A stretch of DNA of 32,000 nucleotides from Atlantibacter sp. (GCF_032075065.1 NZ_DAMAZC010000017.1:5580-37579), one strand, 5' to 3'. Shown: positions 21,718 through 30,917, counted from the stretch's first letter. Numbers and translations: made by a program. Notes: generated from the sequence alone by a model not told the origin.

Positions 21718-23075
21718 GTCTTTTGCAGTTTAGCGGCCTGTTTATCGTCTGGCTGTTGGCGACGCTGTTTATTGCTACCACCACCTGGTTTGAATTCCGC
21801 CGGGTACGGTTTAATTTCAATATATTTTTCTCGCTGCTGTTCCTGCTGACCTTTTTCTTCGGCTTTCCGTTTACCGCCTTACTGGTATTTCGCTTCGGCG
21901 TCGCCGTGGTGCCCGCGGAAGTGCTGCTACAAGCGCAGCTCGCCGCCGCCTGTTTCTATGGCATCTATTATGTTACCTATAAAACGCGGTTGAGGCCGCA
22001 GGGCAGCGAGCGCACGCGCCAATTGTTCTCGGTAAATCGCGTTGAGGCGCAGCTGACGTGGCTACTGTTGATGGCAGTAGCGCTGGTCAGCGTGGGCATC
22101 TTCTTTATGCATAACGGCTTTTTGCTGTTTCGCCTGCACTCCTACAGCCAGATATTTTCCAGCGAAGTGTCCGGCGTGGCCCTGAAGCGCTTCTTTTACT
22201 TCTTTATTCCGGCGATGCTGGTGATCTATTTCCTACGCCAGAGCGTCCGGGCGTGGCTATTTTTTCTGGTGGTGACCGTGGGGTTCGGTTTGCTGACCTA
22301 CGCCATCGTCGGCGGGACGCGCGCCAATATCATTATCGCCTTCGCGATCTTTTTGTTTATCGGCATTATTCGCGGCTGGATATCCCTGTGGATGCTGGCG
22401 GCGGCAGGGGCGATGGGCATTGTCGGGATGTTCTGGCTGGCGCTTAAGCGCTATGGGCTGGATGTCAGCGGTGATGAAGCGTTTTATACGTTCCTTTACC
22501 TGACCCGCGATACCTTCTCGCCATGGGAAAACCTGGCGCTGCTGCTACAGAACTACGGCAACATTGAATTCCAGGGGCTGGCACCTGTCGTGCGCGATTT
22601 TTATGTCTTTATTCCTACCTGGCTGTGGCCAGACAGACCTGGTATTGTGCTCAACTCGGCGAACTATTTTACCTGGGAAGTGTTGAACAACCACTCCGGT
22701 CTGGCGATTTCGCCGACGCTGATCGGTTCGCTGGTCGTGATGGGTGGGGTGTGGTTTATTCCGCTGGGCGCGGTCGTCGTCGGGCTGATTATCAAATGGT
22801 TTGACTGGCTGTATCAGCACGGAGTTACCGAGACCAATCGCTATAAGGCCGCGATTTTGCAGAGTTTCTGCTTTGGGGCCATCTTTAATATGATCGTGCT
22901 GGCTCGTGAAGGCCTCGATTCGTTTGTTTCACGTGTGGTGTTTTTTATGGTGATTTTCGGCGCCTGTTTGCTGATCGCCAAATTGCTGTACTGGATGTTG
23001 GAAAGTGCCGGGTTGATTCGTGGCAGGGTCCGTTCACTATCAGGGCGTTTTCCGCCCGGTCACAATCTCGGATAA
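21714..23075 (+). CDS. wzyE: ECA polymerase
   Basis: This 453-aa, highly hydrophobic protein begins [52 protein letters not shown]. The start overlaps the wecF stop (ATGA). Position and length match E. coli WzyE. Confidence 0.92.
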   Translation: MSLLQFSGLFIVWLLATLFIATTTWFEFRRVRFNFNIFFSLLFLLTFFFGFPFTALLVFRFGVAVVPAEVLLQAQLAAACFYGIYYVTYKTRLRPQGSERTRQLFSVNRVEAQLTWLLLMAVALVSVGIFFMHNGFLLFRLHSYSQIFSSEVSGVALKRFFYFFIPAMLVIYFLRQSVRAWLFFLVVTVGFGLLTYAIVGGTRANIIIAFAIFLFIGIIRGWISLWMLAAAGAMGIVGMFWLALKRYGLDVSGDEAFYTFLYLTRDTFSPWENLALLLQNYGNIEFQGLAPVVRDFYVFIPTWLWPDRPGIVLNSANYFTWEVLNNHSGLAISPTLIGSLVVMGGVWFIPLGAVVVGLIIKWFDWLYQHGVTETNRYKAAILQSFCFGAIFNMIVLAREGLDSFVSRVVFFMVIFGACLLIAKLLYWMLESAGLIRGRVRSLSGRFPPGHNLG

Positions 23076-23083
23076 GGAAGCAG

Positions 23084-23824
23084 ATGACTGACGACAATAG
23101 CGCGCCGCGTTATAACTTGCGCGGGCTGAATTTGCTCGGTTGGCGTGATAAACAACATGCCCTCAATTATCTCTATGCGCAGGGACAGCTTAAATATGGG
23201 ACGCTGGTCGCCATCAACGCCGAGAAGATGCTCACGATTAATGACGATGCAGAAGTCAGGGCGCTGATTGAGGCGGCAGAGTACAAGTACGCGGATGGCA
23301 TCAGCGTCGTGCGTTCGGTACGCAAAAAATATCCCCAGGCGCAGATATCCCGCGTAGCGGGCGCAGACCTGTGGGAAGCATTAATGGCGCGCGCCGGGCA
23401 GGAAGGTACGCCGGTGTTTCTGGTCGGCGGAAAACCGCAAGTGCTGAGCGAAACGGTCAGCCAGCTACGGCAGCGTTGGCAGGTCAACGTGGTCGGCGAA
23501 CAGGATGGTTATTTCTCACCAGAATCGCGTCAGGCGTTATTTGAACGGATCCGCGATAGTGGTGCGAAAATCATCACGGTGGCGATGGGCTCGCCGCGCC
23601 AGGAAATATTCATGCGCGACTGCCGAAAGGTGCTCCCGGATGCGCTGTATATGGGCGTTGGCGGCACCTATGACGTCTTCACCGGCCATGTGAAGCGTGC
23701 GCCGAAAGCGTGGCAGCGCCTGGGGCTGGAGTGGTTATACCGTCTGCTCTCCCAGCCCAGCCGTATCACCCGCCAGCTCCGTTTACTGCGCTATCTCGCC
23801 TGGCATTACACCGGCAAGCTATAA
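23084..23824 (+). CDS. wecG: UDP-ManNAcA:lipid I ManNAcA transferase (WecG/TagA family)
   Basis: This is a 246-aa ORF. ...VAINAEKML...ADGISVV...FLVGGKP...MGSPRQE...[17 protein letters not shown] is typical of the WecG/TagA/CpsF family. It is the last gene of the ECA cluster. Confidence 0.93.
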   Translation: MTDDNSAPRYNLRGLNLLGWRDKQHALNYLYAQGQLKYGTLVAINAEKMLTINDDAEVRALIEAAEYKYADGISVVRSVRKKYPQAQISRVAGADLWEALMARAGQEGTPVFLVGGKPQVLSETVSQLRQRWQVNVVGEQDGYFSPESRQALFERIRDSGAKIITVAMGSPRQEIFMRDCRKVLPDALYMGVGGTYDVFTGHVKRAPKAWQRLGLEWLYRLLSQPSRITRQLRLLRYLAWHYTGKL

Positions 23825-23830
23825 CCTCTC

Positions 23831-23855
23831 CACGGCGGAATTCCCTTCCGCCGTG
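23831..23855 (+). terminator. Perfect 10-bp hairpin after wecG (possible operon terminator)
   Basis: CACGGCGGAA (23831-23840) pairs with TTCCGCCGTG (23846-23855) around the 5-nt loop TTCCC. There is no U-tract immediately after it, so it is either a weak or atypical terminator or an RNA-stabilising hairpin. Confidence 0.4.
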
Positions 23856-24033
23856 CTGTCACGTCCTCAAGAATTTTTTCTAATTCTCAACATTTTTTTA
23901 ATCTCCCGTTTGCCATTTTGGAAAATTTAGGAAACCATGCGCGGGTTTTTAGCGCCCGATCTCCACCTCCGCGAAGTTGGGTGACGATTACCCCTATGGC
24001 ACGACCCATAACAATAACCGGCGCAGCCGGAGC

Positions 24034-24050
24034 AACAACATCACAACACA
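24034..24050 (+). promoter_or_regulatory. ACA-rich translational enhancer / probable GcvB sRNA target in the yifK 5' UTR
   Basis: AACAACATCACAACACA lies immediately upstream of the SD (GAGGA) and the ATG at 24059. An ACA-motif enhancer silenced by GcvB has been described for Salmonella yifK. Here I see only the motif. Confidence 0.5.
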
Positions 24051-24058
24051 GAGGATTT

Positions 24059-25444
24059 ATGGCAGAAAATAAACCAGAGCTTCAGCGCGGGCTGGAGTCG
24101 CGACATATTGAACTCATCGCCCTCGGGGGCACGATTGGCGTTGGGCTATTTATGGGCGCGGCGAGTACCCTGAAGTGGGCTGGCCCGTCGGTACTGCTGG
24201 CGTACATTATCGCTGGCCTGTTTGTCTTTTTTATCATGCGCTCTATGGGCGAAATGCTGTTTCTGGAGCCGGTGACCGGTTCATTCGCCGTCTACGCGCA
24301 CCGCTATATGAGCCCGTTCTTTGGCTATCTGACGGCCTGGTCGTACTGGTTTATGTGGATGGCGGTGGGGATATCAGAAATTACCGCTATCGGCGTTTAC
24401 GTCCAATTCTGGTTCCCGGAAATGGCCCAGTGGATCCCGGCGTTAATCGCAGTGGGACTGGTGGCGCTGGCGAATATGGCGGCGGTGCGGTTGTACGGTG
24501 AAATCGAATTCTGGTTCGCCATGATAAAAGTCACCACCATTATTGTGATGATCGTGATTGGCCTGGGCGTGATTTTCTTTGGCTTTGGCAACGGCGGCCA
24601 CGCGGTCGGCTTCTCGAACCTGACGGAACACGGCGGTTTCTTTGCCGGCGGCTGGAAGGGCTTCTTAACCGCGCTGTGTATTGTAGTTGCGTCATATCAG
24701 GGGGTGGAGCTGATCGGCATTACCGCCGGTGAAGCGAAAAACCCCCAGGTCACGCTGCGCAGCGCCGTCAGCAAAGTGCTGTGGCGTATTTTGATTTTCT
24801 ACGTAGGCGCGATTTTCGTAATCGTCACGCTGTTCCCGTGGGACCAAATTGGCAGCAACGGCAGCCCCTTTGTCCTGACCTTCGCTAAAATCGGTATTAC
24901 CGCCGCAGCAGGCATTATCAATTTTGTGGTGCTAACGGCGGCACTCTCGGGCTGCAACAGCGGCATGTACAGTTGTGGACGTATGCTGTACGCCCTGGCC
25001 AATAACCGCCAGCTACCGTCGGCGGTAGGTAAAGTCTCGAAAAACGGTGTTCCGGTGGCTGGTGTGGCGATTTCAATCGTAATCCTGCTGATTGGCTCCT
25101 GCCTGAACTACATCATTCCTAATCCACAGCGCGTGTTTGTTTACGTCTATAGCGCCAGCGTATTGCCGGGCATGGTGCCGTGGTTTGTGATCCTGATTAG
25201 CCAACTGCGCTTCCGCCAGGTGCATCGTCAGGCGCTGGTCAGCCATCCGTTCCGCTCCATGCTTTTCCCGTGGGCGAACTATTTGACGATGGCGTTCCTG
25301 ATTTGCGTGCTTATCGGCATGGGATTCAACGAAGATACCCGCATGTCCCTGATTGTCGGGGCGCTATTCCTGGCGCTGGTATCGGCGGCATACACGCTAT
25401 TCGGCTTCAATCGACACAATTCACTGCCTAAAGTGGAGAGATAA
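24059..25444 (+). CDS. yifK: APC-family amino-acid permease (threonine/serine carrier YifK)
   Basis: The ORF track starts at 23918 (508 aa). Homology to E. coli YifK ([36 protein letters not shown]...) starts at the ATG at 24059 ([24 protein letters not shown]...), preceded by GAGGA. This gives 461 aa, the K-12 length. Confidence 0.95.
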   Translation: MAENKPELQRGLESRHIELIALGGTIGVGLFMGAASTLKWAGPSVLLAYIIAGLFVFFIMRSMGEMLFLEPVTGSFAVYAHRYMSPFFGYLTAWSYWFMWMAVGISEITAIGVYVQFWFPEMAQWIPALIAVGLVALANMAAVRLYGEIEFWFAMIKVTTIIVMIVIGLGVIFFGFGNGGHAVGFSNLTEHGGFFAGGWKGFLTALCIVVASYQGVELIGITAGEAKNPQVTLRSAVSKVLWRILIFYVGAIFVIVTLFPWDQIGSNGSPFVLTFAKIGITAAAGIINFVVLTAALSGCNSGMYSCGRMLYALANNRQLPSAVGKVSKNGVPVAGVAISIVILLIGSCLNYIIPNPQRVFVYVYSASVLPGMVPWFVILISQLRFRQVHRQALVSHPFRSMLFPWANYLTMAFLICVLIGMGFNEDTRMSLIVGALFLALVSAAYTLFGFNRHNSLPKVER

Positions 25445-25496
25445 GCGACAAAGTGCGCAAAGCATAACCAAACGCGCATTTTCTTAAAAAAAGCAC

Positions 25497-25525
25497 TAGA
25501 CAGCAGGGCGCGAAGTCCGTAGTAT
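25497..25525 (+). promoter_or_regulatory. Stable-RNA type sigma-70 promoter of the tRNA operon
   Basis: The -35 is TAGACA (25497-25502), the spacer is 17 bp, and the -10 is TAGTAT (25520-25525). A GC-rich discriminator (CCCCCTCCGC) follows, and an A/T-rich UP-like tract (TTTTCTTAAAAAAAGC) lies upstream. It sits about 20 nt before tRNA-Arg. Confidence 0.6.
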
Positions 25526-25546
25526 CCCCCTCCGCAACGGCGCTAC

Positions 25547-25623
<77 letters not shown>

Positions 25624-25694
25624 TTTACCCGGTGCTGGAGCTGCGGTGGTCTGTTAAGTAGGCAGAACCGCGTGGAAGTAAAGAATTAAGTCGT

Positions 25695-25771
25695 GGTGGC
25701 TATAGCTCAGTTGGTAGAGCCCTGGATTGTGATTCCAGTTGTCGTGGGTTCGAGTCCCATTAGCCACCCCA
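25695..25771 (+). tRNA. hisR: tRNA-His (anticodon GTG)
   Basis: The 77-nt sequence GGTGGCTATAGCTCAGTTGGTAGAGCCCTGGATTGTGATTCCAGTTGTCGTGGGTTCGAGTCCCATTAGCCACCCCA includes the His-specific extra 5' G(-1). The CCA end is encoded. Confidence 0.97.
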
Positions 25772-25786
25772 TTATTTAGTGGCGAT

Positions 25787-25873
25787 GCGAAGGTGGCGGA
25801 ATTGGTAGACGCGCTAGCTTCAGGTGTTAGTGTCTTAACGGACGTGAGGGTTCAAGTCCCTCTCTTCGCACCA
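25787..25873 (+). tRNA. leuT: tRNA-Leu (anticodon CAG)
   Basis: This 87-nt class II tRNA has a long variable arm: GCGAAGGTGGCGGAATTGGTAGACGCGCTAGCTTCAGGTGTTAGTGTCTTAACGGACGTGAGGGTTCAAGTCCCTCTCTTCGCACCA. Confidence 0.97.
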
Positions 25874-25911
25874 CAACTGAATTGAACTAAAAATTCAAAA
25901 AAGCAGTAATT

Positions 25912-25988
25912 CGGCGAGTAGCGCAGCTTGGTAGCGCAACTGGTTTGGGACCAGTGGGTCGGAGGTTCGAATCCTCTCTCGCCGACCA
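25912..25988 (+). tRNA. proM: tRNA-Pro (anticodon TGG)
   Basis: The 77-nt sequence is CGGCGAGTAGCGCAGCTTGGTAGCGCAACTGGTTTGGGACCAGTGGGTCGGAGGTTCGAATCCTCTCTCGCCGACCA. It is the last gene of the four-tRNA operon. Confidence 0.97.
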
Positions 25989-25996
25989 ATTTTGAA

Positions 25997-26019
25997 CCCC
26001 GCTTCGGCGGGGTTTTTTC
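25997..26019 (+). terminator. Intrinsic terminator of the tRNA operon
   Basis: CCCCGC-TTCG-GCGGGG (25997-26012, GNRA-like tetraloop) is followed by TTTTTT (26013-26018). Confidence 0.88.
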
Positions 26020-26092
26020 TTTTCTGTCTCCCATCGATTTTCCTTATGCTTACGCATGACTGTCGCAAAACAGCAACGATGAATGCCGCGTG

Positions 26093-26173
26093 TGTCGTTG
26101 ATATGCGACATCTAAAACATTGAAAAATAATATAAAGATAATATCATTGCCATAATGTCTCTAACTGGCGACA
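26093..26173. promoter_or_regulatory. Two TGTC-N10-GACA boxes (GlrR/QseF-type activator binding sites) upstream of glmZ
   Basis: There are two perfect dyads, TGTCgttgatatgcGACA at 26093-26110 and TGTCtctaactggcGACA at 26156-26173. They lie about 133-213 bp upstream of the glmZ start and are separated by an A/T-rich tract. A degenerate third copy (TGTCgcaaaacagcAACG) lies at 26061-26078. A near-consensus IHF-like motif (gATCACattcTTA) lies at 26189-26201. Confidence 0.65.
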
Positions 26174-26278
26174 GATAAACCTCATTCAGATCACATTCTT
26201 ATGGTTGTCCCGATGGGGTTGTGTAACTAACTCGCTGAATAATAGTGCCTGTTTTCGGAACATTTAACGCTGCGGACC

Positions 26279-26294
26279 TGGCACAGTATGTGCA
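26279..26294 (+). promoter_or_regulatory. Sigma-54 (-24/-12) promoter of glmZ
   Basis: TGGCAC-agtat-GTGCA (GG at 26280-26281, GC at 26292-26293) differs from TGGCAC-N5-TTGCA at one position. It ends 12 nt before the predicted GlmZ 5' end at 26306. Confidence 0.7.
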
Positions 26295-26305
26295 ATAATA
26301 TCGGT

Positions 26306-26503
26306 GTAGATGCTCATTCCATCTCTTATGTTCGCCTCAGGCTTCATAAACACAGGAATGACGCAGAGCCGTTTAACGGTGCTTATCGTCCACCGAGAGA
26401 TGTCGCTAACGCCTCATCAAACACCATGGACATAACGTTGAGTGAAGCACCTCTTTGTTGTCACAGACCTCTTTAACACCTGCCAACTGGCAGGTGTTTT
26501 TTT
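26306..26503 (+). ncRNA. glmZ: Small RNA GlmZ (activator of glmS translation, RapZ/RNase E substrate)
   Basis: GTAGATGCTCATTCCATCTCTTATGTTCGCCT...GACGCAGAGCCGTTTAACGGTGCTTATCGTCCAC...GTTGAGTGAAGCACC...TTGTTGTCA matches the E. coli GlmZ (SraJ/RyiA) sequence as I recall it. The first 32 nt are identical. It ends in the terminator ACACCTGCC-AACT-GGCAGGTGT plus T7 (26476-26503). Its location upstream of hemY is the K-12 location. Confidence 0.88.
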
Positions 26504-26527
26504 ATCAGCGTGTTAAAGCGATGTGGG

Positions 26528-26559
26528 AAAACAATCGCCTTCCCGGTTGAGAAGGCGAT
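26528..26559 (-). terminator. Probable terminator of the hemCDXY operon
   Basis: On the minus strand, ATCGCCTTC-tcaaccgg-GAAGGCGAT (9-bp stem, 26534-26559) is followed by TGTTTT. It begins 10 nt after the hemY stop. Confidence 0.55.
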
Positions 26560-26568
26560 AGAGGAGAG

Positions 26569-27765
26569 TTACTGCGGAGGATTGTTTTGCAGCGTCAGTA
26601 ACAGGCCGTCGCGGCGCATTTGCGCTGCTTCTTCCGGCTGATGCAACCTGTCCAGCACATCGGCGAGCCAGGCGTAGTCAAAGGCGTCGGGGCGCTGTTT
26701 TAATGCCGCGCGAAACGCGATGCTTGCTTCCTGCCATTCGCCATGCTTCATCAGCAACTGGCCCAGGGTACTCCACAATAGCGGGCGATCGCCCTGAGTT
26801 TTAATCTGCTGACGCAGCGCTTTTTCAAGCTGCTCCGGATTACCGGTTTTCAGGCGCGGCATCAGCATCACCAGCCGCTCATCGTACTGACGCTTCAGGC
26901 CATCCAGAATGATGTTCTGAGCGGTATCGTGATCGTCGCATTCGATAAGATGCTCCGCCATCGCCACCTGAAGCGCAGGTTGCTGGCGCGTCTTGCGGCT
27001 TTGGTTTTGCCACCAGGCCTTCAGACCGTCACTGCCCTGATCGGCGCGCGCCTGATCCATCAGTCCAATCCACGCCTGCTGCTGTAGCGCATCGCGATGG
27101 GCATCGTCCGCCACCTGCGCTTTCTGCATTGACGGCAGAATATCCAACAGCGAGCTCCACGCGCCGGTGCGCACGTAGGCTTGTTCCGCCAGGCGCAGCA
27201 CTTCCGGATGACGCGGAGTCACTTCCAGCAACTTATCAACGCCGTGACGCGCCGCGTGGTTTTCATTACGCGCCAGCTGCAACCGCACACGGGTGATCTC
27301 CACCGGGATTTGATCGCCGTCGGCCAGCTCCGCTGCGCGCTCAAGATGCTGGTTGGCGCGAATTTCGTCGCCGCGCTGCTGGGCCGCTTCCGCCGCCAGC
27401 AAATAATTCACCACCGGCTGTTCAGCATGATCGGCGTTTTTCGACATCAGCTTTTCAACCTGCTGATAATCGCCTTCCGCCAGTTTCAACAAGGCCTGGC
27501 TGGTTTGCTTGCGGGCGCGATTGCGTTTGCGGCCCAGGAACCAGCCGCGTGTGCGTGCGCCGGTGCGGAACAGACGACGCAGGATCCACTCGATCGCAAA
27601 CAGTACTACTAGCGCCAGGATCAAGATGATCGCTAACCCGGTGACGCTGGTTTCGATGTTCCAGTTGTCGGTCTGGATCAACACGTAGCCCTGGTGACCG
27701 GCGATCATCGGCCCCACAACGATCCCTGCCATCAGCAGCAGGAAAAGCAACAGTACTTTTACCAT
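26569..27765 (-). CDS. hemY: HemY protein (TPR-containing inner-membrane protein, heme biosynthesis-associated)
   Basis: This is a 398-aa ORF. The N-terminus [44 protein letters not shown] has two TM segments followed by TPR-like repeats. The start overlaps the hemX stop (TAATG). It is the last gene of hemCDXY. Confidence 0.93.
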   Translation of the reverse strand: MVKVLLLFLLLMAGIVVGPMIAGHQGYVLIQTDNWNIETSVTGLAIILILALVVLFAIEWILRRLFRTGARTRGWFLGRKRNRARKQTSQALLKLAEGDYQQVEKLMSKNADHAEQPVVNYLLAAEAAQQRGDEIRANQHLERAAELADGDQIPVEITRVRLQLARNENHAARHGVDKLLEVTPRHPEVLRLAEQAYVRTGAWSSLLDILPSMQKAQVADDAHRDALQQQAWIGLMDQARADQGSDGLKAWWQNQSRKTRQQPALQVAMAEHLIECDDHDTAQNIILDGLKRQYDERLVMLMPRLKTGNPEQLEKALRQQIKTQGDRPLLWSTLGQLLMKHGEWQEASIAFRAALKQRPDAFDYAWLADVLDRLHQPEEAAQMRRDGLLLTLQNNPPQ

Positions 27766-28937
27766 TACTGTTCTCCCTGTGCCGGTTCAGATGCCGCAGG
27801 CGCTTCGGCAGGTGCTGGCGATGCGGCGGCTGGCTGCGCCAGCAGGTTACGTACCCGGGTCTGCATCAGTTTTTCCAGAATCGGCTGGCTTTGCAGGGTT
27901 TCCGGCACATCCATTGTGATGTTTTGCTGGCTCAACGCGTCCAGCGTCTCAAGAAAGCCTTTAGTGGTGGCGTCGTCGGTATCGTAGTAGGCACGTACCC
28001 AGGTCGATACGTTATCCAGCGACTGCTTGTAGGTTTCATTCTGGTGCCGCGGCACCGCCTGCGCAGCCACTAACAGCCGCGAGCGGATGTTCTCGCGCAG
28101 GTAGATATCCTGATTGGGCGCCAGCAGCGGAACAGCGGTGTCGTCGCGGCGGCGGATAGTAATGAAGCTGTCCATAAAGTTATGCCAGCTCTTCACCAGG
28201 TTTTGACGCCATTCGGTCACGGTGCTGGAAAGCTCGGTGCCGTCGCTATCCATCGGCGCTGAATCATTGTCGTTATCCGCCAGGCGCAGATTATCAACCT
28301 GATTAGCCAGTTGGTTCAGCTTCAGAATGATGCCGTCATAATCCACCTGCGATACCGCAGACAGGGTGGCGATATCATCGGTAATAGCGCGCCGGGCGGT
28401 AATCAGGCTCGGATCGTTCATATCCGCGAGGCTGGCGTCGGCGCTTTTAAGCAGCGCGGCGGCGGTAGTGACATCCTGATCGCTCCATAGCTTGCGGCCA
28501 GCCAGTTTTACCAGAAAGTCCGACTGCGCCAGCAGCCAGGTCTTAGCGTCGGTCCCGGAGATAGTGGCGACTTTCTGCTGGACTTCATCCAGTTGGCGTG
28601 TCAGGTTTTCCTGCTCGCGTTTCGCCGCATCCAGCGCGCCCGCCTGCTGTTTAATGGTGTTTTCCAGATCGGATTTCTGGGTTTGCTGCTGCTGTTGCAG
28701 CGCAGTCAGCTGGCCTTCCAGCGCTTCGAGCGTGGCCGCCTGATTAGCGGACTGATGTTTGCCCCAGCTATACAGCCCCACGCCAGCGGCCAGCGCAATG
28801 GCGATTGCTACCGCGCTAAGCGCCAGCGCGGTATTGATTTTGCGGTCTTTTTTCTCGGGTTGTTGAGGCGGGGAGGTGATTTCCACCGTATCCCTGTTTT
28901 CTTCAGGCACAGTTGAGGCGTTTTGTTGTTCCGTCAT
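27765..28937 (-). CDS. hemX: HemX protein (membrane-anchored, Gln-rich coiled-coil; historical 'uroporphyrinogen-III C-methyltransferase' annotation)
   Basis: This is a 390-aa ORF with an N-terminal TM segment ([19 protein letters not shown]), a Q-rich coiled coil ([17 protein letters not shown]...), and an Ala/Pro-rich C-terminus. It lies between hemD and hemY. Confidence 0.92.
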   Translation of the reverse strand: MTEQQNASTVPEENRDTVEITSPPQQPEKKDRKINTALALSAVAIAIALAAGVGLYSWGKHQSANQAATLEALEGQLTALQQQQQTQKSDLENTIKQQAGALDAAKREQENLTRQLDEVQQKVATISGTDAKTWLLAQSDFLVKLAGRKLWSDQDVTTAAALLKSADASLADMNDPSLITARRAITDDIATLSAVSQVDYDGIILKLNQLANQVDNLRLADNDNDSAPMDSDGTELSSTVTEWRQNLVKSWHNFMDSFITIRRRDDTAVPLLAPNQDIYLRENIRSRLLVAAQAVPRHQNETYKQSLDNVSTWVRAYYDTDDATTKGFLETLDALSQQNITMDVPETLQSQPILEKLMQTRVRNLLAQPAAASPAPAEAPAASEPAQGEQ

Positions 28938-28958
28938 TATGGCTTCCCATTATGAGAG

Positions 28959-29696
28959 TTATTGCAACACGCGCAGCAGCGCATCGTTGTCAGCATTATC
29001 GGCGACGGTAATGTCCAGCCAGCCCAGTTCCCGGGCGAGGGTCGCCAAACGTTCGCTGACGACAATCAATCGGCAGCGAAGTAACCAGTTTGTTTGATAC
29101 CAGGACGGGATCAGCGTAAACAGGCGCTTGAGCATTTCTCCGCTGGTTACCACCAGCGTGTCCACGCCGCGCTGTTGCCAGCGGTGCGCTTCTTCCGTTC
29201 CATCATAGTATTTGTCATTACGTTGATAACATTCACAAAACGTTACGCTGACGCCGCGTTTTGCCAGCGTTTCGCCGATCAGCTCGCGTCCGCCGTTGCC
29301 GCGCAACAGTACAGCGCGCTTGCCCGCAACGTTTTGTAATTCTGGTAATTGTAGCAACACTTCGCTGATTTCCCGGTCACGCGGATAATTAACCGTGAGG
29401 CCGCTGGCGGTATGCAGCGCAAGCGCCGTGGTTCGTCCAATGGCAAAAGCCTGAACCTGCGGCCAGGCGAGATGGTGCTGTCGCAGCGTCGCCGCCGCAT
29501 GCGATACGGCGTGTTGTGAAAGGGCGAACAGGAGATCGTCAGGCGACAGGGACGCCAGCAGATCCGGCAGAGCCGACAGCTCGCGTCCGGGAGAAAACTC
29601 GATCAGCGGTAAACTCCAGGCGACCTTTCCCTGCGCGCGCAAGCGGCTTACCAGCTCTTCTCCCGCGGGGGAGGGACGGGTCACCAGGATATTCAT
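28959..29696 (-). CDS. hemD: Uroporphyrinogen-III synthase
   Basis: The 245-aa product begins [37 protein letters not shown].... The start overlaps the hemC stop (ATGA). Length and order match K-12. Confidence 0.94.
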   Translation of the reverse strand: MNILVTRPSPAGEELVSRLRAQGKVAWSLPLIEFSPGRELSALPDLLASLSPDDLLFALSQHAVSHAAATLRQHHLAWPQVQAFAIGRTTALALHTASGLTVNYPRDREISEVLLQLPELQNVAGKRAVLLRGNGGRELIGETLAKRGVSVTFCECYQRNDKYYDGTEEAHRWQQRGVDTLVVTSGEMLKRLFTLIPSWYQTNWLLRCRLIVVSERLATLARELGWLDITVADNADNDALLRVLQ

Positions 29697-30634
29697 GCCG
29701 GCGCATCTCCGTTATAGACTTCTGCCAGAATGGCGCGTGCGCCGTTTTCCAGCAGCTCTTCCGCCAGCGAGACGCCCATTTTTTCCGCATCCTGCGCCGG
29801 GCCACGGCGTTCGCCGCGGATCACCTGGGATCCATCCGGGGCGCCGACCAGCGCCCGTAGCCAGATTTCACCGTTATTGATCTCCGCATAGCTGCCGATC
29901 GGCACCTGACAGCCGCCTTCGAGACGGGTATTCATGGCGCGTTCGGCGCTGACGCGGATCGCGGTTTCGGCATGGTTCAACGGCGCCAGTAAAGCGCGGG
30001 TACGCTCATCATCAAGTCGGCATTCAATTCCGACCGCGCCCTGGCCTACGGCAGGGAGAGAGATATCGGCAGGCATCGCGTAACCGATGCGCGCTTCAAG
30101 ATCCAGGCGTTTCAGCCCGGCAACGGCGAGAATGATGGCGTCGTAATCGCCGTTATCGAGCTTGCTCAGACGGGTGCCGACGTTACCGCGCAGCGAGCGG
30201 ATTTCTAAATCAGGACGCCGCTCGGCAATTTGACACTGCCGGCGCAGGCTGGAGGTGCCAACAACGCTGCCTGCCGGCATATCGTCGAGGCTGGCGAAAC
30301 GGTTAGAGACAAACGCATCGCGCGGATCTTCGCGCTCGCAAATGGTCACCAGACCCAGACCTTCCGGGAACTCCACCGGCACGTCTTTCATGGAATGCAC
30401 GGCGATATCCGCACGGCCTTCAAGCAGCGCCAACTCCAGCTCTTTGACGAATAATCCCTTACCGCCCACTTTCGCCAGCGGGGTGTCAAGGATGATGTCG
30501 CCTTTGGTCACCATCGGCACCAGTTCCACCGTTAATCCTGGATGAAAAGCCTCCAGACGGTTTTTGACATAATGTGCTTGCCAGAGTGCGAGCGGGCTTT
30601 GGCGGGTGGCAATTCTTAGTACATTGTCTAACAT
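29693..30634 (-). CDS. hemC: Porphobilinogen deaminase (hydroxymethylbilane synthase)
   Basis: The ORF track starts at 30658 (321 aa). The E. coli HemC N-terminus ([23 protein letters not shown]...) corresponds to the ATG at 30634, which gives 313 aa. The dipyrromethane cofactor Cys context (EGGCQVPIG) is present. Confidence 0.95.
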   Translation of the reverse strand: MLDNVLRIATRQSPLALWQAHYVKNRLEAFHPGLTVELVPMVTKGDIILDTPLAKVGGKGLFVKELELALLEGRADIAVHSMKDVPVEFPEGLGLVTICEREDPRDAFVSNRFASLDDMPAGSVVGTSSLRRQCQIAERRPDLEIRSLRGNVGTRLSKLDNGDYDAIILAVAGLKRLDLEARIGYAMPADISLPAVGQGAVGIECRLDDERTRALLAPLNHAETAIRVSAERAMNTRLEGGCQVPIGSYAEINNGEIWLRALVGAPDGSQVIRGERRGPAQDAEKMGVSLAEELLENGARAILAEVYNGDAPA

Positions 30635-30809
30635 GCTTGTTACCGTTAATTCGTCCATTTACCATCCTAACATTGTAACCAGAACAGTGTCAGTTTTAAC
30701 GGGTTTTAGCAGCAAAGAGGGATATGCGTCTTGTTCTAAGACTCCGAAGCGGGCTTTCAATGCTACAATGGATATGTAGCGCAACTTCCTTTACGGTCAA
30801 CCCGCAAGG

Positions 30810-30825
30810 TGTTAAATTGATCACG
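30810..30825. promoter_or_regulatory. CRP-like site in the cyaA promoter region
   Basis: TGTTA-AATTGA-TCACG has two mismatches to TGTGA-N6-TCACA. It lies about 95 nt upstream of the cyaA TTG. The GTTAAATTGATCACGTTTTA block matches what I recall of the E. coli cyaA P2/CRP region. Confidence 0.5.
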
Positions 30826-30917
30826 TTTTAAGCCGAATGTCAGCCTGTATGGGTAAAACGATAAAGGCGACAAACGCGGCAGTTTTTCGAAATAGTGCAA
30901 TCATCAGGCGATATGTC

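Noticed and set aside
23918-24058. The in-frame upstream ATGs at 23918 and 23996, considered as evidence for a longer YifK isoform or an upstream leader peptide.
   Set aside because: The frame is open by chance into yifK. The extension is hydrophilic and Pro/Arg-rich with no homolog counterpart, and the strong SD (GAGGA) serves the ATG at 24059.
25852-26111. Two minus-strand ORFs (60 and 74 aa) overlapping the tRNA-Leu/tRNA-Pro region.
   Set aside because: They overlap canonical tRNA genes and their terminator, and have no independent support.
26288-26476. A 62-aa ORF in the proM-hemY intergenic region, considered as a possible small protein.
   Set aside because: The region matches the GlmZ sRNA from its 5' end to its terminator. 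The ORF has no RBS and starts upstream of the sRNA 5' end, within the sigma-54 promoter.
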